Source: a virus (lineage: Duplodnaviria > Caudoviricetes). Taken from it: DNA of 64,000 nucleotides. Each line of letters opens with the position of its first letter. The first letter of the stretch is position 1. The position numbers were made by a program, and so were the translations under genes. Of this stretch, positions 27,202 through 39,200 are shown one piece after another. The stretch is taken from IMG/VR virus record IMGVR_UViG_3300021400_000131, positions 1-64,000 of that record; one strand, given 5' to 3'. Under the pieces are notes generated by a model that was not told where the DNA came from, did no database searches, and was given only the letters and a program-made list of their open reading frames with translations.

Positions 27202-27312
27202 CTAGAGCGTAAGCAGGATGGCTACCTCTAGCACCGCCACCGCGAACGCGATGGCAAGGCAGACGCGGAACTGAGCTTGCAGGTGCCTCTCGTGCGGTGA
27301 CGGGTATGGCAT
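27202..27312 (-). CDS. 36-aa membrane peptide
   Basis: Read by hand: MPYPSPHERHLQAQFRVCLAIAFAVAVLEVAILLTL; AGGAGG RBS. Confidence 0.5.
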   Translation of the reverse strand: MPYPSPHERHLQAQFRVCLAIAFAVAVLEVAILLTL

Positions 27313-27314
27313 GG

Positions 27315-27539
27315 CTACGCCTCCTGACCGTAACAACGGCTTTCCAGCACGAAGCAATGGTTGTTCATCAGCACGGCACCGTGCACGGGCAAGCCGCTTA
27401 CCGCTGCCGCTGCAAGGACGCTATGGAACTTGCTCTCTGCCTCCTCGCGCGTGTCATGCTGGGTGACGAGGTTCGCGACCTTTCCGTCCTCCATGGTTTG
27501 CAGCTCTACGACTACATACTTCTCCACTGTGACTCCCAT
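27315..27539 (-). CDS. conserved phage hypothetical protein
   Basis: KYVVVELQT...AESKFHSVLAAAAVS. Confidence 0.7.
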   Translation of the reverse strand: MGVTVEKYVVVELQTMEDGKVANLVTQHDTREEAESKFHSVLAAAAVSGLPVHGAVLMNNHCFVLESRCYGQEA

Positions 27540-28865
27540 CTAGTTGAGGCGTACTGCGGTAATCCATGTGTCTCCCGCACCGCTGGTTATCGACGCGCTT
27601 CCAGCCAGATACACCGTTGTCTTGGAGCTGAACGTGCGGAGCGCGGATACGTTGAGAACGGCGAAGTTGCCGCTCGACTGCCTGATGCGGACGCGCTCGC
27701 CCCATAGGGTGCCCGACGCGCCCGAGCGGAAGCCCACTTGCATGTTGCGGTCGCCGCTGGCCGACGCGCTGTTGAACGTCCATGCGCCAACGAACATGTA
27801 GGAGCCAGCGGGAATCGTGATGCGCGGCCCATTGGTGTACGTGTCGATTCCTGCCGTCGTGATGGCATAGCTCCCGCTGTTCTGGTAGCGGGTCGGGTCG
27901 CCGAGCTGGAGGTACGTGCTGAGGCTTGAGTCGTACGGGTCTGAGAACCTGATGGTTTTCATGCCGTTTATGTTCATATCCGTGCGGCCGTTGAAGTTGT
28001 TGATGTCGATGTCGCTGTAGTTGTACTCGCCACCTATCTCGACTATCATCCGCGACCCCTCGGGGTCGGCCTCGACTATCATGCCCGCGCCGTGGCGCTC
28101 GTACCCTCCCGAGTCGAGGTACGTCGCGCCGACGTATCCCGCGTCAGCCGAGTCGCGCATGGTGATGAGCTGGCGGTTGTTAATGCCTTTGAGAACATCG
28201 ACGGAGTTGCCGTCTATGCTCACGTGAATGTCGGCGTCGCGACCTATCTGCGCTCCCGTGCCGAGCAGGCGGGCGATGATGTTGCTACTCTCGTTGCCCT
28301 CGCCGTCGTAGATGGCGATGCCGCTCGGCAGGATTGCTAGCAGGTTGTTGGTCCCGTCGCGGAAGAGCTGGCCGATGCTGTTGATGAGCACGTTCGCCCC
28401 CGTCTGCGCCGCCTGCCACGCCTCCTGCGTGGCCTCCGTGACGTGGATGCCGCTGGTGTCGGCCCAGAAGTGCTGGTTGACGGCATCCGCGACGGCCTGT
28501 GCAGCCTCGGCGATGTTGAGGGACGCGGCGACCCTGCCGCCCAAGCCTGACACGGCCTTCCTGACGGGCGCAAGCGCCTCGCCCACGAACCGCCCACCGA
28601 CGCTTGGGCTTGTGCTGTTGCCCGTGATCGTGACGCCGTTGTTCTCGATGTTGTACGTCACCGTGTCACCAGGCTGTGCCTCGGCGACGATGCCTCCCGC
28701 AACGGGCGTGTCGAAGTCGTTACCGGGGATGCGCACCCAGCCGACGCCGGACTCGTCTCGGCGCACGAACGTCGCTGTGCCCCTTCCGCTCGGGGCAGCA
28801 GCGTCCTTCGGGGTAAGCGCCTTCTTGAGTGCCCATGCCACGCGGGCGCTTATGTCCTCTGCCAC
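27540..28865 (-). CDS. minor tail / tail fibre-like protein
   Basis: Position in tail cluster; beta-rich C-terminus. Confidence 0.65.
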   Translation of the reverse strand: MAEDISARVAWALKKALTPKDAAAPSGRGTATFVRRDESGVGWVRIPGNDFDTPVAGGIVAEAQPGDTVTYNIENNGVTITGNSTSPSVGGRFVGEALAPVRKAVSGLGGRVAASLNIAEAAQAVADAVNQHFWADTSGIHVTEATQEAWQAAQTGANVLINSIGQLFRDGTNNLLAILPSGIAIYDGEGNESSNIIARLLGTGAQIGRDADIHVSIDGNSVDVLKGINNRQLITMRDSADAGYVGATYLDSGGYERHGAGMIVEADPEGSRMIVEIGGEYNYSDIDINNFNGRTDMNINGMKTIRFSDPYDSSLSTYLQLGDPTRYQNSGSYAITTAGIDTYTNGPRITIPAGSYMFVGAWTFNSASASGDRNMQVGFRSGASGTLWGERVRIRQSSGNFAVLNVSALRTFSSKTTVYLAGSASITSGAGDTWITAVRLN

Positions 28866-29896
28866 GTCTTGACCTCCATCCTAGATTCCTCCTCGACCAC
28901 AATTCCCACCTCACACTTGACCGACTGGCGCATCACGCGCATGTCGCCGTCGAGCCTGACCGACGCGAGGGAGCCGCGCACGAGGTCGTGCGGACACACG
29001 TCGGGCCACCACTCGCGCGAGTAGGTGCGCGAGTCGTAGACGGTTGACTCCTCCTCAAGGCGTCGCGCCGCGTATGCCGCAAGCGTCTCGCCGTTGACCC
29101 TCACGGGTGACTCGTCCCTCACGTCATGGACCCACCCGCGATGGACGGTGGACGTGACGGAGAGCGGGTCATCGTTGATGGCCGTCGCCTCGTCGCTGTT
29201 CTCTATGGCTCTGTAGCGGTTGGGAACCTCACTGTAGTCGAGCGCGTAGTGGACCCCCGTGTGGACCAGACGTGCGTGCGCGGCGTCGAGCTGCAACGCG
29301 GGGACTGTCGGCTTCGCCACCACGCGCACCGTGCCGTCGCCCGCTATGCGCAGGACGTGGTTGCCAGCGTCGAGCACCTTCCACACGGCCTCAAGCGCGA
29401 ACGTGCCTGGGTCGAACACAAGGTGCTCGTCAAGCGTGAAGCCACCGCCAACCTCCACGGGCGCGTTGATGCAGTCGCGCAGCACCGACGCGCACCACTG
29501 TGCGCCATCGACACCCTGCGGCGCATAGGAGCCGTCCGAGAGCATCGTGACGGAGGCGGGGTAGAGGACGGAGCGGCCCTGTATGTTGCGCTCGTCGGAG
29601 CTGTGGTCTATGTCGCCATCGACAAGCGAGCATTGCAGCGTGCAGACGTTGACGCGCTCAAGCTCGCCGTTCTGCTGGGCGGTCATAACAACGCGGTAGT
29701 AGCCCTCCTCGAAGCCCTCGCCGACTGGCGTGACTGACGTGAGGGAGCCGCGCCCCAGAAGGGGCGCGTCCTCGTCCATCGTAGTCTCGTAGGTGACCGC
29801 CGTGATGCCGCCAAGAGGCTCGCCGTCAGCCCATGTGTCCTTGTTGACCCGGAACACGCGCCACGTTGCGCTGTACCCGGCCCTCCAATCAATCAT
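28850..29896 (-). CDS. minor tail (baseplate hub-like) protein
   Basis: Position downstream of the large tail protein; 348 aa. Confidence 0.65.
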   Translation of the reverse strand: MIDWRAGYSATWRVFRVNKDTWADGEPLGGITAVTYETTMDEDAPLLGRGSLTSVTPVGEGFEEGYYRVVMTAQQNGELERVNVCTLQCSLVDGDIDHSSDERNIQGRSVLYPASVTMLSDGSYAPQGVDGAQWCASVLRDCINAPVEVGGGFTLDEHLVFDPGTFALEAVWKVLDAGNHVLRIAGDGTVRVVAKPTVPALQLDAAHARLVHTGVHYALDYSEVPNRYRAIENSDEATAINDDPLSVTSTVHRGWVHDVRDESPVRVNGETLAAYAARRLEEESTVYDSRTYSREWWPDVCPHDLVRGSLASVRLDGDMRVMRQSVKCEVGIVVEEESRMEVKTWQRT

Positions 29897-29897
29897 G

Positions 29898-32800
29898 CTA
29901 TGGCTCCTCAGACTCCTCGACGGTTGCCACGTATCGCGTCAGCGCAACCTCGTCCGCGTCGATGGTGACCGCGAGCGCGTAGCTCCTGCGCTGACCGCCC
30001 ATGCTGTTGACCTGCACGTTGGCCTCGTAGGCGCAGCCATCGGGCGTGCGCACGAAGCACGACCCCGCGTAACTCGCAAGCCGCCTGAGCGCCACCACCT
30101 TGTCCTGCTCCCACACGCGGATGATGTCGGAGTTGTAGGTTCCCTTGCGCTCCGTGCCCTCGTTCCAGTAGCCGTCGATCGAGCCGTCCAGCTTGTGTCG
30201 GCTCTCGAAGTCCTTGGTGTAGGCGTCGGTCACCGAGAGGTTGTAGGGAAGCTCCACGTACTCCTCGCCGAAGTCGATACGCAAGTCCTTGCCGGGAAGC
30301 TCATACTCGAAGTCATCCCAGGCAATGTCGCCATCGACGGTGCGGCACGCGATGCGGTATCCGTACTCCCCCGTGCCATACGGCGCGTAGGGGTCGGTCA
30401 CGGTGCCGCCAATCTCGACGCCCTCTGCCACGAGGTAGTATCCATCGGGCGTGGAGCGCCACACGTCGTAGAGGTCGGTTTCCTCGTAGCTGTCGGTCGG
30501 TGCCGCGAGCGTGATGGAGCACTGCCGTACCCTGATGCCATCCTCGTCAGTCACGTCGCTCGGCGTGATGGCGATGCCGTCATAGCTGGTCGGTGCCTGA
30601 TGCGCCCAAGCGACAAGAAACTCGCACTCAGCCGCCTCGGAGGTGAGGCCCGTCTGGTCTGTCGCGCGTGCAGTCACCGAGTAGAGCGCACCGTCTCTCA
30701 GGTCAAGCCCGTCAGGCGCGAGGATGACGCCCTCGAATGCGTCCGCGTCCTCGTCGGCCTGCTGCCAGTCGGACGCGCTGCTGCCCTCCACGAGCTGCAC
30801 GAGGACACGGGAGCCAACCACGGACGGTGAGGCGGCGACCATGACGTAGGTGCCAGTCTCGTCATCCATGAGCGTGTGGGTGAGAACCACGTGGTATCCA
30901 GCGACGCCCTCGCCAGCGATGGCGGTTGTCGTGCTTCCCGCCGTCGTGGCGTCACCGATGATTGCGCCGTCCGCATCGACGGGAACGAGCGACACCTGCC
31001 ACTGCTCGTCAACCTCCTCCGGCGGCTCGCCCTCCTCAGGCACCTCCTGCGGCACGACCTCGACTTTGGCGGTGTAGGTGGTGCCCTCAGTGGCGGCAAC
31101 GGGGCTTATAGTGCGGAGTCGCGCACCATCGGTCGTGAGCCAGCGCACGCCCTCGCTGTCGATGGTGTAGTAGCCATTAACCCACTTGGACGGGTCGTTG
31201 GTGAGGAGGTTCGCCGACGCGGGCCTGCTGATCGCGGCCCACGTGGGGGTCACCGTGTCGGACCACATCACGTCGCCCGCCATCTGCCTGAGCTGCCCCA
31301 GCGCACCGACATCGACGCCCTGTGCCCTCACGGTCACGGCAACGTTCGACGTGGGCGACGAGCCGCGCACACGGAGGACGAGCGGCTGTGCCGTCACGTC
31401 GCCAGCGGTGAACGTGGTGCCGTCGTATGCGCCAGCCTCGACCGAGAGCGTGGGTGGCTTTGCGATGACGATTACCGACTCCTCGGACTGCGACGTGCCG
31501 CCGCCCGTATGGACGATGACGGAGATGCGGACGTTGCCATTGGAGTCTGCCGACGCCTGTAGCTCGTCTGCCGCGAGCGTGCAGGAGCCGAGCGCGTCCG
31601 TGCCACTCTTGAGCACTCTGCCGTCGCTCACTATCTCCCAAGCGGTCTGGGTGCCGCCGTCGAACGCCCACGACACCGCGCAGTCGCTCCCGATGGGGAC
31701 CGATGCTGGTGCGGTGAGCGTGACAGCGCCGGGTGCCACAGACGGCGTGACGGTCCTTGCGTCAGACCACGGCGAATAGGTGGTGTCGGCATCGTCGCGC
31801 TCAAGGTAGCGACGCGCCTTGATGTAGTAGTTCGTCCCCTGCTCAAGGCCGCGCACATCGACGGTGCATGACTTGTCCCACTCGGTCGCGGACGCCGCTT
31901 TCGGGTCATCGTCCCACGTTACCTCGAAGGTGTCGGGCTGGTCGGTTGAGGTCCATGCGTCCTCGCGGTCGGACCATGCGACCTCAGTGCCCGTGTTGCT
32001 GTCGTTGGCGTAGCCCACGGTCACCATAGCCCCAAGGCCGTCATCAGCGCTCGTACACGAGACGATGGCACACTGGTCATCCTCCGCTGTCGGTGCGGGG
32101 GTATACAGCTCCTTGAGCTGGTAGTAGTCGGAGTAGCGGTAGAAGCCATCCTCGATCTGGTTCCAGCTCTTGATGCGCACCCACGAGCGCTTGCCCTCAG
32201 TCTCGGGGATGACGAGCGACATGTCCACAGAGAGCGCTGTGCATTCGCCATCGTCAGGAACGCCGACATCGCGCCAGTTGTCCTCCTCGGTTGCGGGGAT
32301 GTCGGACGCCCTCTCGTAATCGACGTTCGCAAGCACCTGTAGCCTCACGCCCGTTGACGGGTGCTCCTTCGTCCTCATCAGGTCGATTGGGATTGTGACC
32401 TTGCCAAGCTGCTCGCGCGACGGGCAGCTCACCTGCTCAGTGAGGATGACTGGCTTGTTGGGCCAGCTCACGTAGATTTCCTGCGACGCATCCGCAGAAG
32501 GCCCTGAGTAGCCGCGTGCCTGGGCGGTGACGCGGACGCGGACGTACTGCTCGTAGGTAAGGTGAAAGCGGTCCTCGACATCGTACTCTGCCGTGTAGCT
32601 CGTGGCTTCGGTGTACTTGACGATGCTGGTGTTGCGGTCAGCACCCGTCTTTCGGGTGTCCTCGACATCGATGGTCACCCTCGTGTTGAGGCGGTCGCGG
32701 TAGTCGTTGCCCTCGTCGCTCTTTATGGTGCAGGAAACGTGGCCCGTGTCCTCAGCGTGCTCAAACGACGAGACTTCCGGCGTGCGTGAGACGCCGTAGG

Positions 32801-33212
32801 AGCGCGTGGCCGTTCTCGTCGGCCCCTTGCCCTTCGAGTTGTAGCCACGGATGTTGAAGGACAGCGATGTGATGTACCAGCTCCCCTTGCGCGGAAACAG
32901 GTCGTAGAAGCTGGTGCGCTTCTTGTTGCAGAGCGTGATGTTGCCAAGACTGAGAGACGCCTGCGTGAGTCCCGTGTTGCCGGACCTGTAGGTGAGCGTG
33001 GTCCAGCGCTTCGTGTGGCCCGACGTGTCCTTGAGTCCGATGACCCACCACCACTCGAAGCCCTGTATGCGGTGGTCGTTGGTGTCCTTGAAGTCTGCTG
33101 AGTTGTTCTTCCACGTGACCTTGTGGTTCGTGCTGCCGCCGCTGTCGCGCGTCGGTGCCGTCACGCTTCCAGGTCCACCTGTCGGCTTCCTCTTGATGGA
33201 CGTTGCTGCCAT
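29898..33212 (-). CDS. large minor tail protein with Ig/FN3-like modules
   Basis: Directly after tape measure; 1104 aa beta-rich; YYIKARRY FN3-like motif. Confidence 0.7.
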   Translation of the reverse strand: MAATSIKRKPTGGPGSVTAPTRDSGGSTNHKVTWKNNSADFKDTNDHRIQGFEWWWVIGLKDTSGHTKRWTTLTYRSGNTGLTQASLSLGNITLCNKKRTSFYDLFPRKGSWYITSLSFNIRGYNSKGKGPTRTATRSYGVSRTPEVSSFEHAEDTGHVSCTIKSDEGNDYRDRLNTRVTIDVEDTRKTGADRNTSIVKYTEATSYTAEYDVEDRFHLTYEQYVRVRVTAQARGYSGPSADASQEIYVSWPNKPVILTEQVSCPSREQLGKVTIPIDLMRTKEHPSTGVRLQVLANVDYERASDIPATEEDNWRDVGVPDDGECTALSVDMSLVIPETEGKRSWVRIKSWNQIEDGFYRYSDYYQLKELYTPAPTAEDDQCAIVSCTSADDGLGAMVTVGYANDSNTGTEVAWSDREDAWTSTDQPDTFEVTWDDDPKAASATEWDKSCTVDVRGLEQGTNYYIKARRYLERDDADTTYSPWSDARTVTPSVAPGAVTLTAPASVPIGSDCAVSWAFDGGTQTAWEIVSDGRVLKSGTDALGSCTLAADELQASADSNGNVRISVIVHTGGGTSQSEESVIVIAKPPTLSVEAGAYDGTTFTAGDVTAQPLVLRVRGSSPTSNVAVTVRAQGVDVGALGQLRQMAGDVMWSDTVTPTWAAISRPASANLLTNDPSKWVNGYYTIDSEGVRWLTTDGARLRTISPVAATEGTTYTAKVEVVPQEVPEEGEPPEEVDEQWQVSLVPVDADGAIIGDATTAGSTTTAIAGEGVAGYHVVLTHTLMDDETGTYVMVAASPSVVGSRVLVQLVEGSSASDWQQADEDADAFEGVILAPDGLDLRDGALYSVTARATDQTGLTSEAAECEFLVAWAHQAPTSYDGIAITPSDVTDEDGIRVRQCSITLAAPTDSYEETDLYDVWRSTPDGYYLVAEGVEIGGTVTDPYAPYGTGEYGYRIACRTVDGDIAWDDFEYELPGKDLRIDFGEEYVELPYNLSVTDAYTKDFESRHKLDGSIDGYWNEGTERKGTYNSDIIRVWEQDKVVALRRLASYAGSCFVRTPDGCAYEANVQVNSMGGQRRSYALAVTIDADEVALTRYVATVEESEEP

Positions 33213-33224
33213 TGGTACACCCTC

Positions 33225-36200
33225 CTACAGGTTGAGGATTCCGAGCGTTCGTGCGATGGCGTTGGCAACCTCGTCTGGGCCGCTCACACCAGTTACCGTG
33301 ACCGTGATGTTATTCTGTGGCTGGTTGCCACCAAGCTTCCGTGCCACGGCGTCGGAGATGTCATCGATGTAGGGCATCGAATACTTGCGGTTCGTCAGCG
33401 GCACGAGAGAGTTGCCGCTGTACAGCTCAGCGCCGTCCTCGCCCACCCAGCCGATGTTTGTCAGCGTCGGGCGCGTGAAGATGCCTGCGGCGTGCTTGGG
33501 CATCTTGTTCGGGTTGATGTAGGTTCCTGTCGCCTTCTTGACATCCCTCGTAACCCGCGTTGTGGTGAGCGTGACCGCCTTGGATTGCAGACTGTTGATG
33601 GCGTGGACAAGGTTCCACGTGTTCGATGCAGCCGCGCCGCTCGCAACGTTGCCGTTTGCGGATATGTAGACGCTCTTGTTCCTCATGTTGTTGGCCGCAG
33701 TGTTCAGGCTCGCAACGTTCTTAGCGGCCTTGTCGCTTCCAGCGGCGTTGCCAGTCGCCTTGTACGACCTGCTCTTGCTGCTCATCTTGTTGGCAACCTC
33801 GTTGAGGTCGGCAATCCGCTCGGTGGCCTTCTGCAATCCGTTGGACGAGACGGTGATGGTGCTACGCACGTCGGTGGGCACCTTTCCAAGCGTGTCTGTC
33901 ACGGCCTGTATGGCACCCGTGTCTGCGGTGACGCCAACGTTGATCTGCTTGTCGGTGCCAAGCTCTTCAATCTGGCTTGCGAACGTGCTGGTGTCGAGAC
34001 GGACGGGGATGTTGATGCCACCAGTGTCGGCTCCGTTGACGGCACCAGAGAGGTTCGCGGCAAGCTCGCTCGTGTCGAGCGTGACGTTGACGTTCATGGA
34101 CGTGCCCTCTTCGGCCTCGTCCTTCGCCTCGTCAATGCCGCTATCGTCCACCTCCGCGTTGACGGGCATATCCGCGCCCTCTTCGGCGTTGGCCTTCGAT
34201 TCGTCAACAGAGCTATCTTCCACCTTGGCATTAACAGGCATGTCAGCGCCCTCTTCGGCATTGGCTTTAGCCTGATCGATGTTCTCTTCGCCCTCGACCT
34301 CGGCGTTGAACTTCAAGGTGTAGTCGTTGCCCGTCCACTCGTATATCTCGCCCTCAAGAGTCTCGAAGCTGGTGTGGTCCTCGTTCCACTTGATCTCGCC
34401 GTACTTCTCCTCAAGCTGCTTGTCGTTCCACTCGTCAATGAGGCCAATCAGCGTGTCCATGTCGCCATCAGCCTGCTCGACCATCTTGCCGAAAACGTCG
34501 GGGTTCTGGTTTGAAAGCTCGGCAAACTCCTTGGCACCGACGCCCGCGTCCTGGAGGCCCTGTGCGAGCGTTTTGACCTTGGGCTGAATCTCCTCAAGAG
34601 AGCTTCCCCACTGGCCGTTGGCTATGATGGCATCGCTCATGGCCTGCGTGGTCATCATTATGCCCTCGCGCTCGCCATAGGCATTCGAGGTATAAAACGC
34701 GTTCTTATTGATAGCGCCAGTGAGCGCATCGTCGTACACCTTTAGCTCTTCGCCAGCGGCCTGGTACGCCTCGCGCGTCTCGCCTACCGCCTGGTTAAGC
34801 TCACGATAGGTTCCTGTCATACGGGCGGCGTTCTTGGCATCCTCCTCGGTCATGGTGTAAAGGTTGCCATAGCGGTCAACCGACGTGTCGCCAGTGTGCT
34901 CCTTGGCATACTCCTTCACAAAGTCGCGGCGTGCCTTACGCGCCTTCTTGTAGGCAATCTCCGTCTCTGCCTGCGCCTTGGACGCCTCGGTGTACATCTC
35001 CTCGTAGGCACTTACTTGCAGCTCGCGCTTCTTAGACTCGATGAGCTGGTCGATCTCGCCACGGAGGTTGCGGACGGAACCAGACTCTTTGTCATAAGCG
35101 CCGAAGAGAATGTCATGCTTGGTATAACTAGTGCCAAGGGCCTCGTTCAACCCGTCGATAGCCCATTTCAGTTCACCCTGACTACCAGCGTAGTCTTTGC
35201 CAGCACCAGCGGCCTTGTCGATAATCTCCTTGTACTTCTCAAGCATGCCGATGGACTCGCCCGTGCTCTCGCGCACCTCGCCGATCTTGCGGTAGTGGTC
35301 CTGCAAGCCGGAGAGGAAGTCGTTCATATTGACCTTGGCATCCTTCCAAGAGGTGCCGTATTGGGCGACCGCATCCTTGCCGTACAGCATCTCTGCCGCA
35401 AGACCGTCTGCACTCCCCTTCATGTCCTCCATGACGCCGTTGAACTTCGCGGCCTCGGCGTTGGACTTCACTATCTCCACGAGGAACGCGCCGACCGTCG
35501 CTGCGGCAATGCCGCCGAAGATGCCCAGGAACAGACTCCCGCTCGTAGCTGCCGCAGACAGACTGCTGGCAAGTTTCGTGACAGCAGTGCCAACATTCGT
35601 GAGCATGCTACCCTTGGTGCTCAGCTCCGTGACGCCGCCGCCAAACGACTTGAACCACACGATGCCTTGGGAGACGGTGTTTACGATGAGCTTGGAGAGG
35701 CCACCAAAAATCTTTCCGAGATTTGAGAACATAGCAGCCGCGACTGGCTCGACTGCGGCGAACCCTGCCGCAAGACCGCCAAAGAGGACGATGCTGCCTT
35801 TGGCCTTGTCATCCAGCTTGTCAAAGAAGCTGATGAACCTCTCAAGTGCCTGCGTCGCAGTTTTCATGTAGGGCACCATCGCGTCGCCAAACTCTGCGGC
35901 AAGGACGCCAACGGTGTTCTTTAGTTTCTCGTATGTGCCAGAGAAGCCTTCTGCCTTGCGCTCGGCCTCACGCGCCGCGTCACCAGCATCGCCGAACTCG
36001 TCATCGAGTCCATTGAAGGCGTCGGTAGCCATGCGCACGGAGTTGTCAACCGTGTCAACCGTCTGCGCTAGTGCTGCGAGCGTCTGGTTCTGGCGGACGC
36101 CGTTGATATCAAGGCCCATGAGGGTTGCGAACACCTCGTCGCCATCGTCCTTTAGGCCCCGCACGAACGCCTTCAGCGTATCGCTCGGCTTGCTGCGCCA

Positions 36201-39200
36201 CTCCTCCGCGAACTTCTCGGCACTCATGCCAGCGACCTCGGCGTACTTCTCTAGGCTGTCGCCGCCAGCGCTCACGGCCTTGCTGATGTTCGTGATGGTG
36301 GTGGCGATACCACTGGCTGCCGCCTCGCTCTTCTGTCCAGTCGATGCGATTGCAGCCGCCCAGCCCATAAGATCCGGGGTGCTGAAGTGCGCCACGTCGC
36401 CGATTGCGGAGAGACGCTGCGTAATCTGCATGATGTTGGACTCCTGCGTGGGCATGTTGTTGCCCAGGCGCACGAGCGCGTCGCCGAACTTATCGATGTT
36501 ATCGGTGTCGAGGTCGCCCATGACGTTCATGATCTGGCCCATCTGAAGCGCGATGGTGTCAGATTGAATGTCTGTTGCCACGTCGAGGTTTGCAGCCACC
36601 TCTGCGAACTTGCCGATTCGCTCTGCTGCATCCTCGGCCTTCTTGCCGCTCTCGTCCATACCGACGCCAAGCTGCGCGGCGATTGCCTCCATCTCAAGCA
36701 TGTCAGAAGCGCTCGTGACATGTGACATGCTGTACTTCATGGCTGCATCGTAAAGTTGCTTGTACTCGCCCTCCTCGGCCTCGAACGTCTTGCGGAGGTC
36801 GCGGTACGAAGCGTCAATCTCGCTCGATGACGTGATGATGCTGCGGCCAGCGCGTGACGCAAACTGGCCTATCTGGACGCCAGCGTTGACAGCCGCCGTG
36901 CCGACCTCGCCAAAGTTGACGTTCATCGACTTCTTCAGCTCGTCAATCTGAGTGTCGGTGGTGCGTATCTCGACTTCAAGCTCCTTGAATTCGTTCACCG
37001 CCGCTGCGGTGTCCGCCTCCTTGAGGGCGTCCTGAAGGGCCTTCTTGAGACGCGCAAGCTCCTCCTCGTTCTGGACGCCGGACTGCTCGAAGTTCTTGAG
37101 CGCTGCCCGCGCCTGTTCCACGTTCGCATTGGCCTTCTGGAATGCGACGGCTGCGTTGCCCGTGTTGCGTGCAATCCTGTCGATGCCGTCAGCCTTGTAT
37201 GCCTCAAGTTTGGAGCGGAGGGTGTCAGCCTTCTCGCGCGTCGCGTTGATGGCCTCGCGCAAGGCAACCATGCTCCTGACGGTAGTCGATATGCTGAGCG
37301 GCCTTATCTGCGACGCCTTGTTGAGTGCATCGAACCTGCCGCGTGCTTGCTCGGCACCAGCGCTCACTTGGTCGAGAACCGCGTCGATGGGCTTCAGGTA
37401 GTGCGCGACGGTGGACATGCCATCGAAGGAGCGGCTTGCTCCAGCCGCCGTCTCGCGCAGCTCTGCAAGGTCGAGCTTCGTCCGCGTGATCTGCTCGTCA
37501 AGGTTGCCCATGTCCTTCGCACGCTGCATGAAGTCGGCGTTCTTGAATGCCGCCTCCATCTCGCCCTTAGCGTCCTCAAGGAGCCTATTGCACTCCTCAA
37601 TCTCGGCGTTCAGCTCATTGATGCGCTGGGCACCTTCTTCGGTGCGGCCAGCAGCCTCGCTCATGCCCCCCAGCTCTTCCTGAGCGGATGTCGCCCTTGC
37701 CTGAAGCTTGTCAACGACGTCCGAGAGGACGCGGTACCGACTCGCCGCCTCCTCCGCCTTCACTGCAACGTTGCCAGTGGTTATGTCTAGGTTGGAGACG
37801 CCAGCGCGCTCAAGCTCCGCCTTTGCCGCGTTGAGTTCACGAAGCTTTGCCTCGGCAAGGCTGATTGCCTCGGCTGTAGCGTGCATCTGCTGCTCAGTGA
37901 GTTCGGTGTTGCCGGGGTTCTCCTGAAGGGCGCTGCTCAGCTCGTCAGCCCGGCGCTTGGCGTCATCGAACGCGGAGCCTAGCCCCTTGATCTTCTCGTT
38001 CACGTCGCCGAAGCTCCTGAGCGCCGTCGAGCCATCAGAGAGGCTGTCGAACCGCTCCTTCAGCTTGTCGAGTGCAGAGAAATCGACTTCAGGCACAATC
38101 TTCTGTCCGGAAGCCTTCTGCATAGCGACGTACAGGCGGTCCATTGTCGCCTCGTTCTGGGCGACCTTCACATCGAGATCGGAGACTTCCTGACGCTGGC
38201 GGGAAAGGTCGAACTGCTGGAACGCAGCCTCCTCGTCGGCCTTTGCGCCCCTCAGCTGCTCGCGCAGGTTGGCAAGCGCGCGATCATACGCATCGATGTT
38301 CGCTGAGAACGCTTCGTTGTCGCGTTTACCCTGCGTGTTGGCGATCTCGATGTTCAGCTCACGGACGCGGGCAGCGGCCTCATCGTAAGCGGCAGCGGCC
38401 TCGTTGGTCTGCTGCGCGGCGGACTTTGTGTAGTCGGACGCCTCGCGTATCGCGTCGATGTCGTATGCGGCGAGCTGCTCCTTGAGTCCCTGTGCCTCCT
38501 CTGTCGCAAGGCGCTCCGCCTCTTCAAGAAGCTCCATCTGCGTCGCGGCGATGCGAACGTTGTCCGGGTTCAGCTCAAGGGCACCCTTGAGTGAGTCGGC
38601 AGACCCCTCGGTTGACCTGAGCGATTCGGAAATGGCCTCGTACTGCGTGCGGAGGTTGGCAAGGCTGGACTCCACGCTGGATGGCATCTTGATGTCGGCG
38701 AGGGACTTCGCCATCTTGACGAAGCCTGCATCGACCTCAGCCACCTGCGCTTTCAGGCTACTGTACTGCTGAACAGCATGCGCCGTGTCCATACGTTGCT
38801 GCGCTGCCTCAAGGTCGGCCTTGAGAATCTTGAACATGCCGTCAGTCTCGCTGCCAGTGCGCGTGTACTCGTCAAGGGCACGCTGTGCCTTGTGGAACGC
38901 GGCTTCAGACTGCTCGACCTCCACAGAGATGCTGCCGACCTCCTGCGCCGTCCTGTCAAGCCCTGCGGACTCGTAGGAGGCGATGCGCTCCTTCAGGAGG
39001 TTGGACTGCATCTGCGCAGTGACCATCGCCTCGCCAAGAGCCTTCGTGTGTTGTGCGGCGAGGTCGAGGTTGGATGGGTCGATGGTGAACGCCGTGTCGA
39101 GACGACTGAAGTACTCCTGCGCCGTCTTTGCAGCAGCGGACACGAGAGTGAGCCTTTGGTTTACAGGCTCAAGCTGGTTGCCAAGCTCGCTGAATGACTT

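Noticed and set aside
33123-39197. Long plus-strand ORFs opposite the tape measure gene
   Set aside because: Antisense shadows of a high-GC coding gene; same for most overlapping ORFs in the track
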